From contig JBBQEB010000136.1 in NCBI GenBank assembly GCA_038320275.1, forward strand, positions 1-10,559: a stretch of 10,559 bases of DNA, written 5' to 3'. Below are positions 7,962 to 10,559 of this stretch, one piece after another (the first letter of the stretch is position 1; the number at the start of each line of letters is the position of its first letter). The DNA comes from Myxococcales bacterium. Lineage in GTDB: Bacteria; Myxococcota; Myxococcia; Myxococcales; Anaeromyxobacteraceae. Below the pieces are notes generated by a model. The model did not search any database. It was not told the DNA's origin and saw only the letters and a program-made list of their open reading frames with translations. Made by a program: the position numbers and the translations under genes.

Positions 7962-8140
7962 GCGGAGACCGCTTGATATGATCCCTGCTGCGGCGCACGC
8001 TGCCTGCCTGCGCCGGGCGGACTCGTCGGTCCGCTGCTCGACGTACCTTTCAGGTACGCCTCCGCTGCTCCCTCCTCGTGCGCCCGGCTCGTCGACGGCA
8101 TCGTGTGCCTCGCGACGGGCTCACACCAAGCGGGCTCCGC
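7962..8140 (-). repeat. 179-nt self-complementary element with 20-nt imperfect terminal inverted repeats (MITE-like repeat or structured ncRNA)
   Basis: Left arm GCGGAGACCGCTTGATATGA (7962-7981) matches the reverse complement of 8121-8140 (GCGGAGCCCGCTTGGTGTGA) at 17/20. Nested arms: 7992-8004/8097-8109 (11/13), 8012-8019/8081-8088 (8/8) and apical 8042-8048/8052-8058 (7/7). Strand is inferred from G-U and G.A compatibility. Confidence 0.75.
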
Positions 8141-8141
8141 C

Positions 8142-8393
8142 TCACTCGGCTTCCGGCTCCTCTGCTTCCTCCGCCTCTTCCGCCTCCTCCTCCGCCCCCT
8201 CGGGAAGCTCGGGCTCGACGACCTCCGGCTCCTTGGCCGCCCGCCTGCGCTCCGCCGCCGGAGCCTTGACCACGGGCGCCTGGCGAGGGTCCGCGCCGCA
8301 CTTCGGGCAGACCGCGTCAGCCTTCTTCAGATCGTAGAACTTGATCGAGCACTTCCAGCAGGTGTGCTTGACCCCGAGATCCTTGGCAGGCAT
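8142..8393 (-). CDS. FYDLN_acid / TIGR02300-like small zinc-ribbon protein with acidic tail, 83 aa
   Basis: DLGVKHTCWKCSIKFYDLKKADAVCPKCG matches the family pattern LGxKxxCxxCxxKFYDL...CPxCG, followed by a Glu-rich tail. GGGGAG lies just upstream of the ATG on the minus strand. Confidence 0.9.
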   Translation of the reverse strand: MPAKDLGVKHTCWKCSIKFYDLKKADAVCPKCGADPRQAPVVKAPAAERRRAAKEPEVVEPELPEGAEEEAEEAEEAEEPEAE

Positions 8394-8435
8394 GTGCTCC
8401 CCGGCGCGCGCGGCGCTCCCGTCGTGAGACGGGCG

Positions 8436-8465
8436 CCTTTATCGCAGGAGCGCGGCGCCCGTCAA
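8436..8465 (-). promoter_or_regulatory. Putative sigma70 promoter of the FYDLN gene
   Basis: Minus strand TTGACG (8465-8460), then 18 nt to TAAAGG (8441-8436), or 16 nt to GATAAA preceded by TGc. This is an A/T-rich patch in an otherwise GC-rich spacer. Confidence 0.55.
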
Positions 8466-8505
8466 ACCCCTGCCCGCCGTGGCCCTCCTCGCGACGCGCC
8501 CGCCA

Positions 8506-8522
8506 GGCTGCTATAGGCAGCC
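8506..8522 (+). promoter_or_regulatory. Putative extended -10 of ttcA embedded in an inverted repeat
   Basis: TG-c-TATAGG (8509-8517), then 7 nt to ATG8525. It is flanked by GGCTGC (8506-8511)/GCAGCC (8517-8522). Confidence 0.5.
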
Positions 8523-8524
8523 GC

Positions 8525-9421
8525 ATGCAGCCCGGGATGGACGCGAAGGAGAGGGCCTCGCGCCTGGAGCGGAAGCTCCTTCGTGCGGCGTCCCAGGCGG
8601 TCCAGGACTTCGAGCTGATCGCCGAGGGCGACCGGATCCTGGTGGCCGTGTCGGGAGGGAAGGACAGCTACACGCTCCTCCACCTGCTGCAGCGGTTGCG
8701 AGAGCGAGCCCCGGTGACGTTCGAGCTGGTCGCGGTGAACCTCGATCAGGGCCAGCCAGGCTTCCCGGCCGAGACGCTGGAGCGTCACTTCCAGGCGGTG
8801 GGCGTGCCCTACCGCATGCTGCGCCAGGACACCTACTCCATCGTGAAGCGCCTCGTCGCGCCGGGGAGGACCACCTGTCCGGTCTGCTCGCGGCTCCGGC
8901 GTGGCATCCTCTACAACGCGGCGGTGGAGCTGGGCTGCAACACGATCGCCCTCGGCCACCACCGCGACGACCTCGTCGAGACGCTGCTCCTCTCTGCCCT
9001 GTATGCCGGCGCGCTGAAGAGCATGCCCGCGAAGCTGCGCTCGGACGACGGCCGGAACGTGATCATCCGGCCCATGTGCTACGCGGCCGAGGAGGACGTC
9101 GCCGCCTTCGCGGAGCTGATGTCATTCCCCATCGTGCCCTGCGACCTCTGCGGCTCGCAGCCCAACCTTCGGCGTCGCCGGGTGAAGGGGCTCCTCGCCG
9201 AGCTGTCGCGGGAGCATCCCGCCGTGAAGGGCAATCTCCTGCACGCGCTCGGCAAGGTGGTGCCCACGCACCTCCTCGACCGGAAGCTGCTGGCCCGCCT
9301 GGAGAGCTCGGGCACTCCGGATCCCTGGCTCGACGAGGAGGACGAGGATGCCTGCGAGGTCTCCGAGCCCCCGTCGGAGGGACTGATCGCCATCCGCCGG
9401 GCCGAGGGGGGTGGGGGGTGA
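8525..9421 (+). CDS. ttcA: tRNA 2-thiocytidine(32) synthetase TtcA
   Basis: PP-loop VAVSGGKDSY, NLDQGQPGFP, QDTYSIVK, CPVCSRLRRGILY, IALGHHRDD, LKSMPAKLRSDDG..IRP and IVPCDLCGSQ. Start ATG8525 or ATG8537. Confidence 0.96.
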   Translation: MQPGMDAKERASRLERKLLRAASQAVQDFELIAEGDRILVAVSGGKDSYTLLHLLQRLRERAPVTFELVAVNLDQGQPGFPAETLERHFQAVGVPYRMLRQDTYSIVKRLVAPGRTTCPVCSRLRRGILYNAAVELGCNTIALGHHRDDLVETLLLSALYAGALKSMPAKLRSDDGRNVIIRPMCYAAEEDVAAFAELMSFPIVPCDLCGSQPNLRRRRVKGLLAELSREHPAVKGNLLHALGKVVPTHLLDRKLLARLESSGTPDPWLDEEDEDACEVSEPPSEGLIAIRRAEGGGG

Positions 9422-9468
9422 CCGATGCCGCCCGATATCGACGCGCCTTGTCGAGCGTTTCTCCCGCC

Positions 9469-9480
9469 GAGGAGTAGGAT
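9469..9480 (+). promoter_or_regulatory. Putative -10 hexamer (TAGGAT) and/or SD (GAGGAG) for the zinc-ribbon gene
   Basis: TAGGAT at 9475-9480 is 7 nt before GTG9488. GAGGAG at 9469-9474 is 13 nt before the start. Confidence 0.4.
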
Positions 9481-9487
9481 CGCGAAC

Positions 9488-10291
9488 GTGAAGTTCTCCT
9501 GCCAGAGCTGTGGCCGCGCGTACGTCGTGGCCGACGATGGGGTGAAGGGGCGCGCCTTCAGGATGAGGTGCAAGCGCTGCGGCGAGGCGATCACCGTCCG
9601 ACCGGAGCCGGGAGAAGCGGCCGCCGGCCGACGCCCGGAGCCGGCGCAGCCCGCTCGCCCGGACGGTGGCGCCGGCCGCGTTCCGGAGCTCGAGCCCGGT
9701 GGATCCCCGACCGCGATGCGGTCCGCGCAAGGCCACGACCGGCCGGCGACCCGAAGCACCTTCGACCCCTTCGCCGGGCTCGACACCGGTGCGCCGGAGG
9801 AGCCCGAGTCGCCGGGGGCGCCGCGGGGCGGAGGCTCGAGCTCGCCCACCCCTCGAAGCACTTTTGCCTCGGGCGCGCCATCCCAGGCCCGCCCCGCGCC
9901 CATCGAGCTGGGCCGGCCTCTCGACGGGCCCGAGGAGGAGGACACCGTGGAGCAGGAGCTCCAGCGCAAGGCCTCGGCTCAGGCGGTGGGCTCCACGGGA
10001 GAGCCGGCCCATCGAGCCCCGGCGGCGACCCGCGCCACCCTCGAACCCACGCCCGGCTCGACCCCGGCGCCGGTTCTCGCGCCGGGTGCAGCGGAGCACC
10101 CGATGCCCGAGCTCCCGGCCGCCGGGCGGAGGTGGCCGTTCCTTCCCCTCGCCGCAGGCGTCGTCGTTCTCGTGCTCGCCGCGCTGGCGTATCTGTCGAC
10201 CCGCTCCGATCCGCCGGCCCGGCGCGACCCCGCCACGCCGCCGGGCGTCGAGGGCGTGCAGGGGGGCGGGCCGGCCAAGCCGCCTCCGTGA
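9488..10291 (+). CDS. MJ0042-type zinc-ribbon domain protein with Pro/Ala-rich linker and a single C-terminal transmembrane helix, 267 aa
   Basis: From GTG9488: MKFSCQSCGRAYVVADDGVKGRAFRMRCKRCGEAITV (CxxC-x19-CxxC). A low-complexity linker follows, then RRWPFLPLAAGVVVLVLAALAYL (TM, basic residues on the N-terminal side) and a ~30-aa tail. This domain normally sits at the extreme N-terminus, favouring GTG9488 over ATG9425. Confidence 0.82.
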   Translation: MKFSCQSCGRAYVVADDGVKGRAFRMRCKRCGEAITVRPEPGEAAAGRRPEPAQPARPDGGAGRVPELEPGGSPTAMRSAQGHDRPATRSTFDPFAGLDTGAPEEPESPGAPRGGGSSSPTPRSTFASGAPSQARPAPIELGRPLDGPEEEDTVEQELQRKASAQAVGSTGEPAHRAPAATRATLEPTPGSTPAPVLAPGAAEHPMPELPAAGRRWPFLPLAAGVVVLVLAALAYLSTRSDPPARRDPATPPGVEGVQGGGPAKPPP

Positions 10292-10559
10292 CGGGCGCTC
10301 CCGGCGCACCCGAGGTCGCGAGCCCGCGGGCCCTGGCGCCCCTCATCGACCACACCTTCCTGCGGCTGGATGCCGGGCCGGAGGACATCGCGCTCGCGTG
10401 CGACGAGGCGATGGAGCACGGGTTCGCTGGCGTCTGCGTGCGCGAGGCGTTCCTGCCGCTCGTCGTGCGGAGGCTGGCGGGGAGCGGTCCACGCCCCGTC
10501 GCGGTGGCGGACTTCCCGCTCGGCGCCGGAGAGCCGCGCGCGCGGGCCGAGGAGGTGCG
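10288..10559 (+). CDS. deoC: Deoxyribose-phosphate aldolase, N-terminal part (runs off the window)
   Basis: Manual translation from GTG10288 (GTGA overlap with the upstream stop): MTGAPGAPEVASPRALAPLIDHTFLRLDAGPEDIALACDEAMEHGFAGVCVREAFLPLVVRRLAGSGPRPVAVADFPLGAGEPRARAEEV. IDHTxL, CDEA..GF..VCV and FPLG are DeoC hallmarks. Confidence 0.9.
   Translation, partial: MTGAPGAPEVASPRALAPLIDHTFLRLDAGPEDIALACDEAMEHGFAGVCVREAFLPLVVRRLAGSGPRPVAVADFPLGAGEPRARAEEV

Noticed and set aside
1105..7998. Long antisense and alternate-frame ORFs (e.g. 1105-2541 -, 2273-3313 -, 6289-7998 -, 1056-2348 +)
   Set aside because: They overlap confidently identified genes, show no family motifs and are expected shadows of strong GC3 codon bias, which makes stops rare in other frames.
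7962..8140. tRNA, CRISPR or 6S RNA identity for the palindromic element
   Set aside because: No cloverleaf or T-loop and no repeat-spacer periodicity. Length and rod shape recall 6S RNA, but I see no large central bubble and no dedicated promoter. Not called; an Rfam search is needed to exclude it formally.
8145..8200. Pyrimidine-rich ~9-nt periodic tract (CTTCCTCCGCCTCTTCCGCCTCC...)
   Set aside because: It is the antisense of the EEAEEAEE acidic-tail codons of the FYDLN protein.
7978..8337. ORFs crossing the der-FYDLN gap (7978-8337 +, 7592-8101 -, 8103-8516 +)
   Set aside because: Low-complexity translations without motifs, overlapping der or the FYDLN gene. The gap is better explained by the palindromic element.
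9300..9421. Acidic C-terminal tail of TtcA with an extra Cys
   Set aside because: Variable acidic tails are common in TtcA proteins, and a single unpaired Cys is insufficient evidence of a new function.
8142..9600. Three consecutive CxxC-pair proteins as a metal-handling system
   Set aside because: They belong to unrelated families in different orientations, with no transporter or metal regulator nearby. Probably coincidental.

Overview
Very GC-rich bacterial chromosomal window. Gene content and codon style suggest a myxobacterium, Anaeromyxobacter-like (inference). It is mostly core genome. The + strand carries a tightly packed run: acyl-CoA carboxyltransferase (5'-truncated), acyl-CoA dehydrogenase, meaB/argK GTPase, rnc, an exported cyclophilin, a cytoplasmic cyclophilin, era and der. 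A convergent small FYDLN_acid (TIGR02300-like) gene follows, then divergently ttcA, a zinc-ribbon/Pro-rich/single-TM protein and deoC (3'-truncated, absent from the ORF track). The most unusual non-coding feature is a 179-nt self-complementary element (7962-8140) that fills the der/FYDLN convergent gap. It has 20-nt imperfect terminal inverted repeats and a symmetric, tandem-G.A-rich core that folds better on the minus strand (MITE-like repeat or structured ncRNA). Also notable: four genes have a -10-like hexamer 6-7 nt before the start codon (possible leaderless mRNAs), the FYDLN/ttcA divergent promoter region is rich in inverted repeats, and the exported cyclophilin has six Cys versus none in its tandem paralog. 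No tRNA, rRNA, CRISPR array, transposase or integrase was recognised.
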